Positions 25,396 to 38,270 of a DNA stretch of 64,000 nucleotides are shown piece by piece. The stretch covers positions 17,174,001-17,238,000 of the forward strand of contig JAWMAR010000008.1 of assembly GCA_036785375.1 (NCBI GenBank), given 5' to 3'. The notes beneath the pieces were generated by a model that made no database searches, was not told where the DNA came from, and saw only the letters and a list, made by a program, of their open reading frames with translations. The position numbers and the translations under genes were made by a program. The stretch's first letter is position 1. Each line of letters opens with the position of its first letter. This stretch comes from Leucoraja ocellata (taxonomy: Eukaryota).

Positions 25396-25808
25396 GTAAA
25401 GCTGAAAGATTACTACCTTTTTTGTAAAGTCGCTCTGTGCAAAGGGTTGTTCCCCTGTACATCCTTTCCGAAGAATTGTACTATTTATGCTTTACCAGAA
25501 TATTTTAAATGTATCCTTTGCAGTTTTGCACGAGAATGCCCTTTGGAGCATGAAGTACTTTGGAAGAATGATTCTAGAGGCAATAATAATAATATTAACT
25601 ATGAGAGGCATACATATAGTAGACAGTCAGAATCTTTTTCCCAAGATGGAGAAATTGAATACTATAAGATATAGCTTTAAGGTGAGAGGGGCAAAGTGTA
25701 AAGGAGACGTGTGGTGCAATTATTTTACACAGTGGGCGCATGGAACTTGCTGCCGGAGGTGGTGGTTTTAAGCAGATATGTTAGCGCCATTAAAAGGTTT
25801 TTGGATAT

Positions 25809-27043
25809 GGGTGATTCCGTAAATAAGTGTACTGACCTGTGACATGAGTGACCAAATTTGAAAGTTATTGAATTATAACGAATTACCATATCATTAAAAA
25901 TGGGCCTACCTATGATCATTTTGTGCAAATTTGTGATCAAAATTTGAGGGGGGGGGGGGACGAGAGAAAAATTATTTATGATTTTTTTTTTTTTACTATA
26001 CATAAATGAGAAAGAATACAGTAACCTTTCATCGAATTCAATGTTAATTTACTCGAAATTTGCCCAGAACCAATAACATGTGTAGATGTTTCGATACAGT
26101 GCACATACTTTACAACAACAAAGCAACAAGCAATGAAAGCTTAACGGAATTTAATCATTCCTATCGTAAACTCGAAACAACATTTACGAGAAAAGAACGA
26201 AAAAGTGAAAAAAGATTTTTACTAACCAATGATTCCAAACAAATAAAAAGTGAACACAGCGTTCTTCAGAGCTCAAAGTGCCCACAACCTGAGAACTTGG
26301 ATACTATCTCTTATACTGATTTCTAAGCTCCCTTGCAAAATGTCGGCATGCAACCTACCATAAGGCCCATACTTCAGGTCAGGGTCATTTTAAATCGCGA
26401 TTTTAAAAAAAAGCGTTATCGCATTGACCAGATCAGAAAACAGGAGGGACAACAGAATTAGTCATCGATAAAATAGGTGAGCAAACTAGATTTTTATTTC
26501 ATGATTTCAAGTTCTATTCATTATTAAGTATTTCCATAGAAAGCTTAAACACAAAATATAAAAAATTAAAAAGAAACAATATATATACAAACGGTTACAC
26601 TGCTTTTAAATCACACATTTCACACGTGACCAAATGTGAGCTACTTACGTTTTGCTGCAAAAATTTTAGGCATCGGAAAACCAGATAAATTATAAAAATC
26701 ATGAACAAAGCTGGCTTATGGCTTATATAGAGTTATTTGATTGCAAAATTAATGTGATCTTTCTGGTAAAAATTAGCCTAAGGATTTGATGAAATCCTGC
26801 TTGAAAAATGGTGCAAATAAAGGCAAGAAACCATTTTCTTTGTAAAAACAGATGTATTTATTTTTTCTTCATCTCATTATTTTGGATACACGCCATGATC
26901 TATACTATTTAAAATACAGGATATGAAACAATGGGATTACTACATTAAAAAAACGGCATTTCTCCAGCCTTTTTGTCTACCTAGGTAAATAACCTAGAAG
27001 TTTGGAGACCTTCAGTTTCACTGTTGTATTTACGGAAACACCC
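25809..27043. mobile_element. Non-autonomous TIR DNA transposon, Sola-like, inserted in a CR1 fragment
   Basis: 17-bp TIRs GGGTGATTCCGTAAATA / TATTTACGGAAACACCC (1 mismatch), ATAT on both sides; CR1 sequence is continuous across the site. Confidence 0.8.
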
Positions 27044-27179
27044 ATATGTATATGGATACGCAGTGAATGGAGCGATATGAGTTATGTGCGGGTAGATAAG
27101 TGGTGGTCTTGGCATCGTGTTCGGCACAGACATTGTGGGCCAAAGGCCTGATCATGTGCCATATTGTTCTGACTGAAAT

Positions 27180-27475
27180 GATTGAAAGATACAGTGTGGA
27201 AACAGGCCCTTTCACCCACTGAGTCCACACCGAGCATCGATCAAACATTCACACTAGTTTTATGTGATCGCATTTTTTCGCATTCAGTCCCCTCACATTG
27301 GGTGTAATTTAGAGAGGCCTACAAACGTGCACGTCTTTGGGATGTGGGAGGAAACCCACGGGGTCACGGAGAACCTGCAAACAACACACAGACAGCACTG
27401 AGGTCAGGATCAAACCCGGGTCTCGGGCACTGTGAGGCAGCAACTGTACCCGCTGCGCCACAGTGCCGCCCAGCT
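27180..27475 (-). mobile_element. HE1-like SINE
   Basis: full minus-strand copy ending ...ccgctgcgccacagtgccgccc. Confidence 0.8.
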
Positions 27476-28539
27476 GGCTGTTCTATGTAGCGAGAAGGCG
27501 CCAAATTCATTTTACTTGCATTTTATGTGCAATGTGACGAATAAAACTGATTGTGATTGTGAAATGCTTACGACCCATGGATGAGGAGGAATAGACTTGA
27601 ACCTCGCTCTTGTTTCGTGTCGAATTGCTGTTGCTGGAAAGCCTTGGCATTATCTGCTGATTCAGCAAGATTGCTGGTCCAACAACTTTGTGACATTGCT
27701 TTCCAGGCTGTCTCCCATGACAAATGGTTCTGGGGGAAAGTTATGAATACCGTATTGCTGGCCCCCATGAGTACTCAAGATATTTAAGAGGATTAACTCG
27801 TTTTGTTAAAATCACAAAATAGGAACACATGGTTTGACATTAATGTGAGTGAGGGAGGGATTTGATCCAGATCTACTGTGAGAACTTGGCACAAGCATTT
27901 TAATTATTTATTCTTTGCTGCACCATACATTCCCATGGAATGTTCCAAAAATTCATCCATCAGGCTGAACAATTCCAAGCATGTTATTTTCAACTTTTGC
28001 TGAACGGCAAGTGTGAATGTGTTGGTGGTATAAGCACCCTGATGGAAAGAACACACTCATCCAATACTAAGCAATGTCATGCTCCACTTATGGCAATCAT
28101 TTGGTAAACAGACTAATTCGGTCCATATTAGATTCACTAAAATACCAGACTGTATTTTAAGTCTCCATTTTAACACAGCTCCAAGTCACTTGCCAAAGAT
28201 ACTCACTTGTCCTCTTGGACAGGCTTTGCATTTCCAGTATTTTTTCTGTTTTTATTCAAATTGAGTTTTTTTTAATCTGGCTTCATGATGTTTATTTCCT
28301 GGCACCGTCCAATAACTCAAGACCGATTTCTTAAAAGGGTAATGCTTACTGAGCAGATTTGAATAAAGCTGCTTTAAATGTGCAGCTTTGTTATTGCTTT
28401 ATTTTTTTTAATGCAGCGATCATTATTTTTTCATCATTTTTATGTATTTGTTCACATTTCCATTGTACTTGAAATGCTGATGTTAAATATTAACTGAACT
28501 AAAATGCAAGGGTTTTTATTTAATATATCTCTAGTCTTA

Positions 28540-28960
28540 TATGGGTGGAGCTGAGAACAAGTAAAGGATGATCACCTTGTTGGGGGTGTACTACAGACCC
28601 CCAAAAAGTCAACGGGAATTAGAAGAATAAATGTGCAGGTCAAATAAGGTTGTTGTAGTAGGGGATTTTAGAGGACATACGTTCAAGGTGAAGGGGAAAA
28701 GATTTAATAAGAATCCCAAGGGGTAACTTCTTCACACAAAGGGTGGTGGGTGTATGGAACAAGCTGCCAGAGAAGGTAGTTGAGGCTGGGACTATCCCTT
28801 CGTTTAAGAAATAGTTGGACAGGTACATGGATAGGACAGGTTTGGAGGGATATGGACCAAGCGCAGGCAAGTGGGACTAGGGTCGCTGGGACATTGTTGG
28901 CCAGTGTGGGCGAGTTGGGCCGAAGGACCTGTTTCCACACTGTATCACTCTATGACTATG
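28540..28960 (+). mobile_element. CR1 fragments: endonuclease piece joined to the 3' end
   Basis: WVELR..TLLGVYYRPPKSQRELEE..VVVVGDF followed directly by FFTQRVVGVWNKLPEKVVEAG and a (ctatga)n tail. Confidence 0.8.
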
Positions 28961-29005
28961 AATACAGTTATTGTTGTTTTAAAAAAAATGCTCAAATCAG
29001 TTTAA

Positions 29006-29131
<126 letters not shown>

Positions 29132-29889
29132 TAAGCAGATGGAGATTGCATAATATCATGTACCACTCTACCTTATGATTAAGCAATTCTGTGCACTTGA
29201 TTTTACATTCAGGTGCTTCTGTGCTTGTATATATTTTCCAGCCTCCTTATCCCCTTTGGGTATCAAGAAATCTGTGAGAAGGTGTTACGCACTCATTGTA
29301 TACCTTTGCTCATTTGGTTCCAGAGAGTTAAACATCATGTACCGAAGATTATTCATTCTTGCAGAGCATGTGTAATGTTTCTCGGGGCAGTAGAGAATTA
29401 TAAAAATGACAGAAATGGTGAGGATATGAATTAGCCAGTTTATTGCAGGGGATCCTGGCAATTGATTGAGCATATGTGGAAGCAGCTGGAGTAAGCCATA
29501 TGGCCTTTTAGTCTTGCTCTTTGATTCAGTAAGATCAGAGATAATCCTGTACCCCTGGTTCACCTTCTCATCTGATCTACAATTTCCACTATATTTTTTG
29601 ATATAAGGAATTAATCAGCCTTGAATCTACAGGGCGATCAAGCATTCAGAGTCCTATAGTGGAATTTTAAAGAATCCGAACGCAATGAGTAAAGGACTTT
29701 CTGCTTGTCCCAGCCTGAGATAATTGCCCAGTGATCATGTAGTTACTCCAGATTCTTCAGTGTGAATACACTGTCTCCGGGCACTTATCCCGTCTGTCAT
29801 TCTGTGAACCTTCTTGGTTAGAACTCTCATCCTTCCAAACCCCAATGAGTGCAGGCCAGGCATGCGCAATAACTCGTTCTAGATTAAAC

Positions 29890-31165
29890 CTCCTGCACCC
29901 ACACACAACTGACTGACTTCATCCACTTCACCACCAACTTCCATCCGGCACTCCAATACACCTGGACCATTTCTGACACTTCCCTACCATTCCTTGACCT
30001 CACCATCTCCATCGCAGTGGACAGACTTCTGACCGACATACACTACAAACCCACTGACTCACATGGCTATCTGGACTACACGTCTTCCCACCCTGCCCCC
30101 TGTAAAGACTCCATCCCCTACTCCCAATTCCTCCGCCTACGCCACATCTGTTCCCAGGATGAGACGTTCCACACCAGGGCATCGGAAATGTCCTCGCTCT
30201 CAGGGAACGGGGATTCCCCTCCTCCACCATAGATGAGGCTCGCACCAGGGTCTCTTTCATACCCCGCAACACTGCTCTCTCTCTCTCCATCCCCACACTC
30301 GCAACAAGGGCAGAGTCCCCCTAGTCCTCACCTTTCACCCCACCAGCCGGCAAATACACCAAATAATCCTCCGCCATTTCCGCCACCTCCAACGTGACCC
30401 CACCACTCGCCACATCTTCCCATCTCCCCCATGTCTGCCTTCCGCAAAGACCACTCCCTCCGCAACTCCCTTGTCAATTCTTCCCTTCCCTCCCGTACCA
30501 CCCCCTCCCCAGGCACTTTCCGTTGCAACCGCAAGAAATGCAACACCTGTCCCTTCACCTCCCCCCTCGACTCCATTCAAGGACCCAAGCAGTCATTCCA
30601 GGTGCGACAAAGGTTCACCTGTATCTCCTCCAACCTCATCTACTGCATCCGCTGCTCTAGATGTCAGCTGATTTACATCGGTGAGACTAAGCAGAGGTTG
30701 GGCGATCGTTTCGCCGAACACCTCCGCTCAGTCCGCAATAACCTACCTGAACTCCCGGTGGCTCAGCACTTCAACTCCCCCTCCCATTCCCAATCCGACC
30801 TCTCTGTCCTGGGTCTCCTCCATTGCCAGAGTGAGCAACACCAGAAATTGGAGGAACAGCACCTCATATTCCGCCTCGGTTGCTTGCGTCCGGATGGCAT
30901 GAACATTGAATTCTCCCAATTTTGCTAGCCCTTGCTGTTTCCTCCCCTTCCTTAAACCTTGAGCTGTCTCCTCCCATCCCCCCCGCCCTCGGGCTCCTCC
31001 TCCTCCCTTTTTCCTTCCTTCTCCCCCCTACTCAGTCTGAAGAAGGGTTTCGGCCCGAAACGTCGCCTATTTCTTTCGCTCCATAGATGCTGCTGCACCC
31101 GCTGAGTTTCTACAGCATTTTTGTGTACCTTCGATCTTCCAGCATCTGCCGTTCCTTCTTGAATA
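29890..31165 (+). mobile_element. Penelope-like element (Neptune-type): RT C-terminus, Cys linker, GIY-YIG endonuclease, 3' terminal region with hammerhead (31037-31064)
   Basis: FLDLTI..YKPTDSHGYLDYTSSHP..SIPYSQFLRL; CNRKKCNTC; LIYCIRC..YIGETKQRLGDRFAEH..HF..GMN (ORF 30431..30928); frameshifted. Confidence 0.92.
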
Positions 31166-32003
31166 CTTTTTTTGAACTGTGCACTTCACTTTACTTTTTT
31201 TTGCCCACTTAACATGCCATGCCTCTTTGAAGACTCTTTGCTTGCTGCTCACAACGGCACCAGGCTTTGCTGGCATCAGCAAACTTTGCATTTAAGTGAT
31301 TCATTCAGATTCTGAATGAACGAGGGCCTTAGTAACAGCTTGCCAGTGTGAATAAGACTCTTTATTCCCCGTCTCTGTGCTTCAACCAATCCTCACTCTC
31401 CTTTCAGCATTTTACTCTATTTTGCCTAGCAACCTTCTATGAGGTACAAAATGCCCTTTAAAATGCCCAGAGCATCCATGAATTCCAATTAATCTTCCAT
31501 CTTCTTTACATCCTCAAAACAAAACCTCTTGCATTTGTTGACCACAGTTCAAAAAAGTGTTGATCTTGTTAGTGATATTATTTTCATATATGTTTGTGAT
31601 AAGGTTATCACATCCATAATAGTTTTCAGTGTATTAACTGGAATTAGGCAAACTTGGCTACAGATCCCTACTTTCCTTTGGTAAAACATTGCTACATTTT
31701 CTATTTTCCAATGTATGTGGGACTATTCCTGAATCTGAGGGATGATGAACAAAAGGTTTTTTTTCTCTAAGTTGCAATAGATATTCCACAAGATTATTAG
31801 ATGATTAGAATATGAAAGGGGAATCTGCGAATCTTTGACCATTAACTATGTATTCTTGACATGAAAGTAATTTCCGATTGGAAAACATACTATACCTGAT
31901 GCAAGGTTTTTCAGGTGTTCGTAATTGAGGATAAGTTGGTGACTGTAATAATGTTTAAGAACTCGTTCTTCTTTGCTACTATTGTTCTTTTGGTTTGTTT
32001 CAG

Positions 32004-32105
32004 GCACCTGAGGTTATCATGTCACAGCACTACGATGCCAAGGCAGACCTCTGGAGTATAGGCACTGTGGTATTTCAGTGTCTTGTTGGCAAGCCTCCTT
32101 TCCAG
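32004..32105 (+). CDS. ULK2: ULK2 exon 8: [34 protein letters not shown]
   Basis: tttcag| ... cag|gtacgt, 102 nt; DAKADLW and LVGKPPF are ULK2-type. Confidence 0.97.
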
Positions 32106-32211
32106 GTACGTACCAAGAAGATGAATGGATTATACCATTTACTGATTTGGACTTTTTTTTAAGTGATCTGGGCTAGTTGGTGGGAAACAGTTTCAAAATC
32201 CCATTATCTGT

Positions 32212-32520
32212 GGGGAGGTACGGTGGTGCAGCGGTAGAGTTGCTGTCTTACAGCACCAGAGACCAGGGTTCGATCATGACCGCGGGTGCTGTCTGTATGG
32301 AGTTTGTACATTCTCCCAGTGACCCGCGTGGATTTTCTCCGGGTGCTACGGTTTCCTCCCAAACTCCAAAGACGTACAGGTGTGTAAGTTAATTGGCTTT
32401 GGTAATATTGTAAATTGGCCCTAGTGTGTGTAGGGTAGTGTGCGGGGATCGCCGGTCAGCGTGGACTGAGTGGGCCAAAGAACCTGTTGCCATGCTGTAT
32501 CTCAAAACAAAACTAAATTT
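32212..32520 (+). mobile_element. HE1-like SINE
   Basis: A/B-box head, V-domain, CR1-like tail. Confidence 0.82.
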
Positions 32521-33284
32521 GTCTTGTTGGGAGGTACTTCCAGATACTTTGGGAATATTGGAAATAGTATAACTTAAAATGACCACATTTTTATATTTGA
32601 ATTCATGGGGACAAAGAAAAACAATACAAATGTAGAGCAGAGCAATATTTGTTGTTAAAAAAGACATGATATTTTGCATAAGAGAAATGGCCCCTTCAAG
32701 CGCAACTAAAAAGTGACTGTTACCGTTGTGCCAGTTATGCAAATTAATCTTGTGTTTTTGGCAGGCAGCTTTGCTTCTGGAGGTAATTAACTAAAAAAAC
32801 TGACATAAGTTGAGAACACCTTCCTGAGAAGATGCAGATACTCTCAAGGCAGGGAGTGAGAAAGGATTAATATTACAGAGCATCAGTAGCTGAAGATATA
32901 CTTGGTTTAGTGAGGTGCATTGGTGTGCAGGGGAGATGCTATCCTGCTCATCAGTAAGGTGGAATGACAGTACATATTTTGATAAGTGTATCAACTTTTA
33001 TGTCAGCTAAAAAATATTTGGATGACATTTTTATATTGCCATGTGCACCGCAGAAAAAGGAATAAAATAACCTTTTAATAATATTTTTGCACACTTCTTC
33101 AGGATAAAGCAAATTAACATCAACTGACTGACATCAGAAGTGGGTCGTGTAACCAGACTATGAATATAGCTATTCGTGCATCATTGGATAAACTGATCAG
33201 TGTTTTAGGTTGTAGAATATGTGACGCATCTTCACGGTATTGTGGACACAAGGAGAGACTCAGTGGGTCAAGCAGCATCCTTTT

Positions 33285-33615
33285 TCATTTAGAGATACAG
33301 CATGGAAACATGCCCTTCAGCCACCAAGTCCACACAACCTCTGTTCAGACCAGTTCTATGTTAGCCCACTGTCTCATCTACTCCCTACGCCAATTAACCT
33401 GTAAACCCGCACGTCCTTGGGATGTGAGAGGAAACCGTAGCACCTGGAGCAAACCCTCTGTCACAGGGTGAACATGCAAACTCCCTACACCACACACACT
33501 GAGCGCACGCACACACACACACACACTCCCCCCCCCCCCCCCCCCCCCCCCCAAACCCCCGGGTCGCTGGCACTGTGAAGCATCAGCTCCACCAGCTGCG
33601 CCATTGTGCCGCCCC
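33285..33615 (-). mobile_element. HE1-like SINE with internal (CA)n and poly-C expansion
   Basis: minus-strand head at 33555-33615; ~26-nt C run at 33527-33552. Confidence 0.75.
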
Positions 33616-33791
33616 ATACTTAGTATAAGGGAGGGCTCCCATACAAAGTATCGCCTGTCCATCCCCTTCCACAGATGCTGCCAGACCCACTGAGCTCCTC
33701 CAGAACTTCGTGTTTTGCTTTTCATGGTATTGTCCTCTTGAGTTACCTAAATCATAATTTACCTTCTGACACTGGAATCTCTTTCTTGCAG

Positions 33792-33850
33792 GCAAACAGC
33801 CCACAGGATTTAAGGCTCTTCTATGAGAAGAACAAGAGTCTAGTCCCCAA
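33792..33850 (+). CDS. ULK2: ULK2 exon 9: ANSPQDLRLFYEKNKSLVP
   Basis: ttgcag| ... caa|gtgagt, 59 nt, phase 0-2. Confidence 0.96.
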
Positions 33851-34467
33851 GTGAGTGGGTGCCTACTTTATCATTCCTTCTTTTATCAATAATGTTAACC
33901 TAGGCGTTGGCGAAGGACCATTTCGTTTTTCTCACAAATGCGATTGGGGAACAGTACAAGTTGGGTCTCTATGGAAAATACCAGACCAGCTCTGGATTTT
34001 AATAATGGGACGTCGAACAATTTTATGTTATGGTTTTGGAAGAATTGTCTGCGGGTTTGTTTACAGAACTTGAATGAACAAAAAATATTGATCTTGATTT
34101 TGCGTCCAGTGGCAAAACAACTCGCCAGCCGACCTCCAGGCATCTTTCCAACACCGATCTAGCCATCATCGCCCTTGAGAGTGAAGCTCACCCATTCTGG
34201 TGTCTCTTGCTGCAATGATGCAGTTCATCGGTATCCCATCAATGAGCAAAAAACATCTGCAAGTTAGCTGGATAGCCAGTCATATTGGGAAATGCTCAGT
34301 TACTCCAATGTTAGCCCACGAATTAACATTATGTTGCTGTCGTTTATCCTTTGTTAAAAATGTTAAACTTGTCAAATTCTCTAACTCCAAGATATTACAG
34401 TTTGAAACATCTCCATTGAGCAGGCAGATTGTAAATGCTCACACCACTCCAGCATTTTTCTTTCTTG

Positions 34468-34715
34468 AAACTTTTTTCACACAGAGAGTGGTGAATCTCT
34501 GGAACTCTCTGCCACAGAGGGTAGTTGAGGCCAGTTCATTGGCTATATTTAAGAGGGAGTTAGATGTGGTCCTTGTGGCTAAGGGGATCAGGGGGTATGG
34601 AGAGAAGGCAGGTACGGGATACTGAGTTGGATGATCAGCCATGATCATATTGAATGGCGGTGCAGGCTCGAAGGGCCGAATGGCCTACTCCTGCACCTAA
34701 TTTCTATGTTTCTAT
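34468..34715 (+). mobile_element. CR1 3' end, little diverged
   Basis: FFTQRVVNLWNSLPQRVVEASSLAIFKRELD in ORF 34200..34625 plus tail. Confidence 0.88.
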
Positions 34716-35177
34716 TATGCCCTAACTTTCATTTAAGTAGCACTCTCCAAACTGCAACATTTGAGTTTTTCCAATACTTTGCATCTTCTACCTTTGAGAT
34801 CTTTCTACGTGATTTTGTTCATTTGAATCAAATTGTGTGGAGTTCTTTACCACAAACCAGAATTTCCATACTCTACATAAAACTGTTAAATCTAAAGGCA
34901 GAAGCTTTGCTATCATCAGCCTTTATTGATCCATTTAATTGGAGAACGCTAATCAGGTGCTGATGTCCTTTCTAAAATGGGGAGAAAGCATATTTTGATT
35001 GACTGAGAGATTAACCAATAATTGTTGCATAGTGATAACTTGTGGTGACTCTTAGTTAGAACATTAATTTGCCCCACAGTTATATTAAAGTGCCCACGTG
35101 CTTTTTTTTTTTACTTTCTGGTCTGGAGTAATTAATTTTTGTTTTCAATTGGTGATGTTGATTCATTTCTCAAACAG

Positions 35178-35260
35178 CATCCCCAGTGAAACTTCTGCTC
35201 ATCTGGGTGGGCTACTACTCAGTTTGCTTCAGAGAAACCAGAAGGACAGAATGGATTTTG
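35178..35260 (+). CDS. ULK2: ULK2 exon 10: (N)[27 protein letters not shown]
   Basis: aacag| ... ttg|gtgagt, 83 nt. Confidence 0.96.
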
Positions 35261-36543
35261 GTGAGTTGTTAGTTTTTTTAAAACTCATCTGTTATTATTA
35301 GCTGCAGTGTTGTGGGTTCAGCAGATGTCAATTCAACCTGTATGTTTCTGTATTTTGCCCTTGGATCTTCAGTTGTTAAACCTACCTGCTTGGCTTGATT
35401 GGCTTCAGGTCATCTGGTATGAAGAACTTTTTCAAGATCTTCAAAGTCAAGAATATTTTCATATGCACAAGTATTTTGAAGCACAGATACAGTGAAAACC
35501 TTGCTTGCAACTGCATATAGAATCTCAAAATATTTCACTGGTCACTCCTGTACTCTCAGGATCAATGCTGCCCTTCTGTCCATTGATATCTTCATTTTAA
35601 CATTATTGACTTTGTTTTCCAACTCCTTGACCTTAAACCTCCTCCAACTTTCCAATCCTCCAAGGTCTTTATGGTCCCACAATTCTGGGCTTGTGCATCT
35701 TCCATTGTCTTCACTTGATCATGGAGACCATGCTTTCAGCTGTCTGAACTACATGATCTGGAATCTCCTTCCTAAACCTCTTGAAGACGTGAAAGGTCAC
35801 ATTGGATCAAACTTTGTTATCAACCAGTTTTAACTTGGGAAAACCTCTGAAGGCATTCCAAAGCAACACTATGGAGTAAAGTTTGACACCAAACCACATT
35901 TTGGGACAAGTAACCAAAAGGTTGGTCAATGGGTAGTTGTTGAGGAGCATCTTAAAGTAGGAGTGGCTTGATTTTTTTGCAATGTTATAATTGCTACATA
36001 AAAGTTAGCGCCTATATTGTAACGTACTGACAAATTAGTTTATATGCCATCATTACGATTTACATAATTATTGAGAAGAAACAGATTTTCACCCACATCC
36101 ATAGATTTTATTCTTGTCTTGGGTTGGGATAAGTCCTATCGGGACCCTTACTGCTTGCATGTTAACTTGTATGCAGGCACATTTAGGCCATGCATAGTGG
36201 GAACCCACCTGAATGAATAACGTTGCTTTCTTTGAGAATCCTGCCTACCAGTATCAGAGCTCATATATTCTTAATTGAAATTAACTTGGTAGTTAAAATG
36301 GAAGTTCTTACAATTTCTATATAAGAAAAAGTAATTTTAAACTTAATTCTTTAATCCTTTCCAACTTCATTGGAAAGTAAATATTTTATCAGCACCCTTT
36401 TGCCAAATGTTTAAGAACTCATTTATAGTTTGCAGCATTTATTCACTGAAATCTGCTCACAGGAATGGGAGACTATTGTAAACTTCCAGAATTACAGAAC
36501 GTCAAGGAAGAAATATTGACAAACCTTTTTTTTGGTTTTGTAG

Positions 36544-36594
36544 AAATGTTCTTTAACCATCCTTTCATGGATCAGGCATCATCGGTGAAAAAAT
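36544..36594 (+). CDS. ULK2: ULK2 exon 11: (E)MFFNHPFMDQASSVKK; end of kinase domain
   Basis: ttgtag| ... aaat|gtaagt, 51 nt. Confidence 0.95.
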
Positions 36595-37654
36595 GTAAGT
36601 CTTACTTTATTTATCAAAATTTGTAAGCAGCTTTTACTATAATCTAGAAAAGTAATCACTGTTCTGACACCTTTGGTCAAAAAGGACAGATAATACCACA
36701 GCTAAATGCTAAATTCCATTACGCAATGAAGAATGACCTGTGCTTCTTTCATTTAGTTTAATGAAAATTAGTGCACTGTATCGATTGAACTTTGTATCTC
36801 AGTCTGAAATGGCAAGTGTTTATCCCAGATCACATTATCCTTCAACCTTATCTGATTTCTATCCAAATTCTTAGAATATATGTTGTGACCTTGTACCTCC
36901 GGCATTGCTGCTTCATCTATCAAAATCAATAGCAATCATTCAAAAACAGCCACCTTATCTTGATACTGACTTGGGTGTTCTGTGAGAGGCTCTCTTCAGA
37001 TTGAGGAAGTGGGGTGGTTGGTTGGATGATAAAATAGGTTATAGATTAAATATACTGATGGTGACAATCTGAGATTCACCGTAGTTTACATCTAATTATA
37101 TGAGAAATTAATCAAGAATAATATTTCAGGCTTTTGCCAGTTGTTCATTGGTGTTTAATTATATTTATTTGTTTTTCTCTTGGCTCACATTGGGCAATTC
37201 ACTGGCTACGGTTTAACTAAACTTTGTTTTCAGCCAATAAAATTGTAGCAGCTATGAATGGAAGTTGGTTAGTGTAGTTTAGTTTATTGTTGTCACGTGT
37301 ACTGAAGTACAGTGAAAAGCTATTGTTTGCCTGCTATACAGTCAAGGAAAAGACTACACATGATTATAATCAAGTCGTCCACAGTGCACAGATAAAGGAT
37401 AAAGTGTACAACATTTAGTGCAAGAAAATGTCTGATTAAAGATAGTTCAAAAGTTAATGCTGCTGTTGAAATAAAGATTTAAAAGCGTGAAACGATTGTA
37501 ATGGATAATAGCAGAACCTCTTCTGGCGAGCAAGGAGTTTGCCACGCTCCAGCTTGGGTGTTTTTTGTTGGTTAGCTTTGAAGCCCTAAACTGTACTAAA
37601 GTCAGAGGTTACTGGCCTGATGAGAACTTGGATAATCAATCAGTACCTGAAGCT

Positions 37655-37749
37655 AGACACAAAATGCTGGAGTAACTCAGCGGGACAGGCAGCATCTCTG
37701 GAGGGAAGGAATGGGTGACATTTCGGGTCGAGGCCCTTCTTCAGACTTC
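37655..37749 (-). mobile_element. Single-arm Penelope terminal element
   Basis: perfect 14-bp TSD CAGTACCTGAAGCT (37641-37654 and 37750-37763); minus-strand CTGAAGAAGGGCCTCGACCCGAAATGTC. Confidence 0.85.
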
Positions 37750-37763
37750 CAGTACCTGAAGCT

Positions 37764-38270
37764 CTCCTGGCGGGCCGTGGGTGGCGAGGTGGCTTCCCGG
37801 CGAGCTGCAGCTTTATCCAAACAGCAAGCCTGGCTTACCAGCCACAGACCCAGGAACCCACCCAGACAGGGAAGCCCGGTGAATCCCTGAAGACCGTGAA
37901 TCGGAGAGAAGGATGGAGGGAATCGGCAACAGCGGCGGACACTGGACAAAAGTAAGAAGAACCGGGGACGCCAACAATCCGCACCCTGGAGGTCGGCTGC
38001 AGGAAGCAGTCCCTGGTGAACAAGGGCTGAAGAGGGAGGACGATTCACAGGATGACCCGAATGGAGGCGACGGCTGCAACGGGCCTTTGTGGCCAGCTGC
38101 AGCTGGGACTGTAAAATGGCAACACTTGCATATAGAATCTGGGTTGTTCTGTTCATTCTGTACTTACCGGGAGACTGTGCTTATGTATGGTCATAGTCTT
38201 GCTGATCTATATGCAAAAAAAGTATTTCACTGTACCTTGGTGCACGTGATAATGAAGAAACCTTTGAACC
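37764..38270 (+). mobile_element. GC-rich non-autonomous retroelement with tttcactgtacc(t/c)ggtac-type tail
   Basis: tail shared with minus-strand fragments at ~4295, 18290, 37280 and 62750; 5' boundary uncertain. Confidence 0.5.

Noticed and set aside
26060-26326. 88-aa ORF as the transposase of the TIR element
   Set aside because: Short, non-ATG start, no DDE/DDD or DNA-binding motif recognisable.
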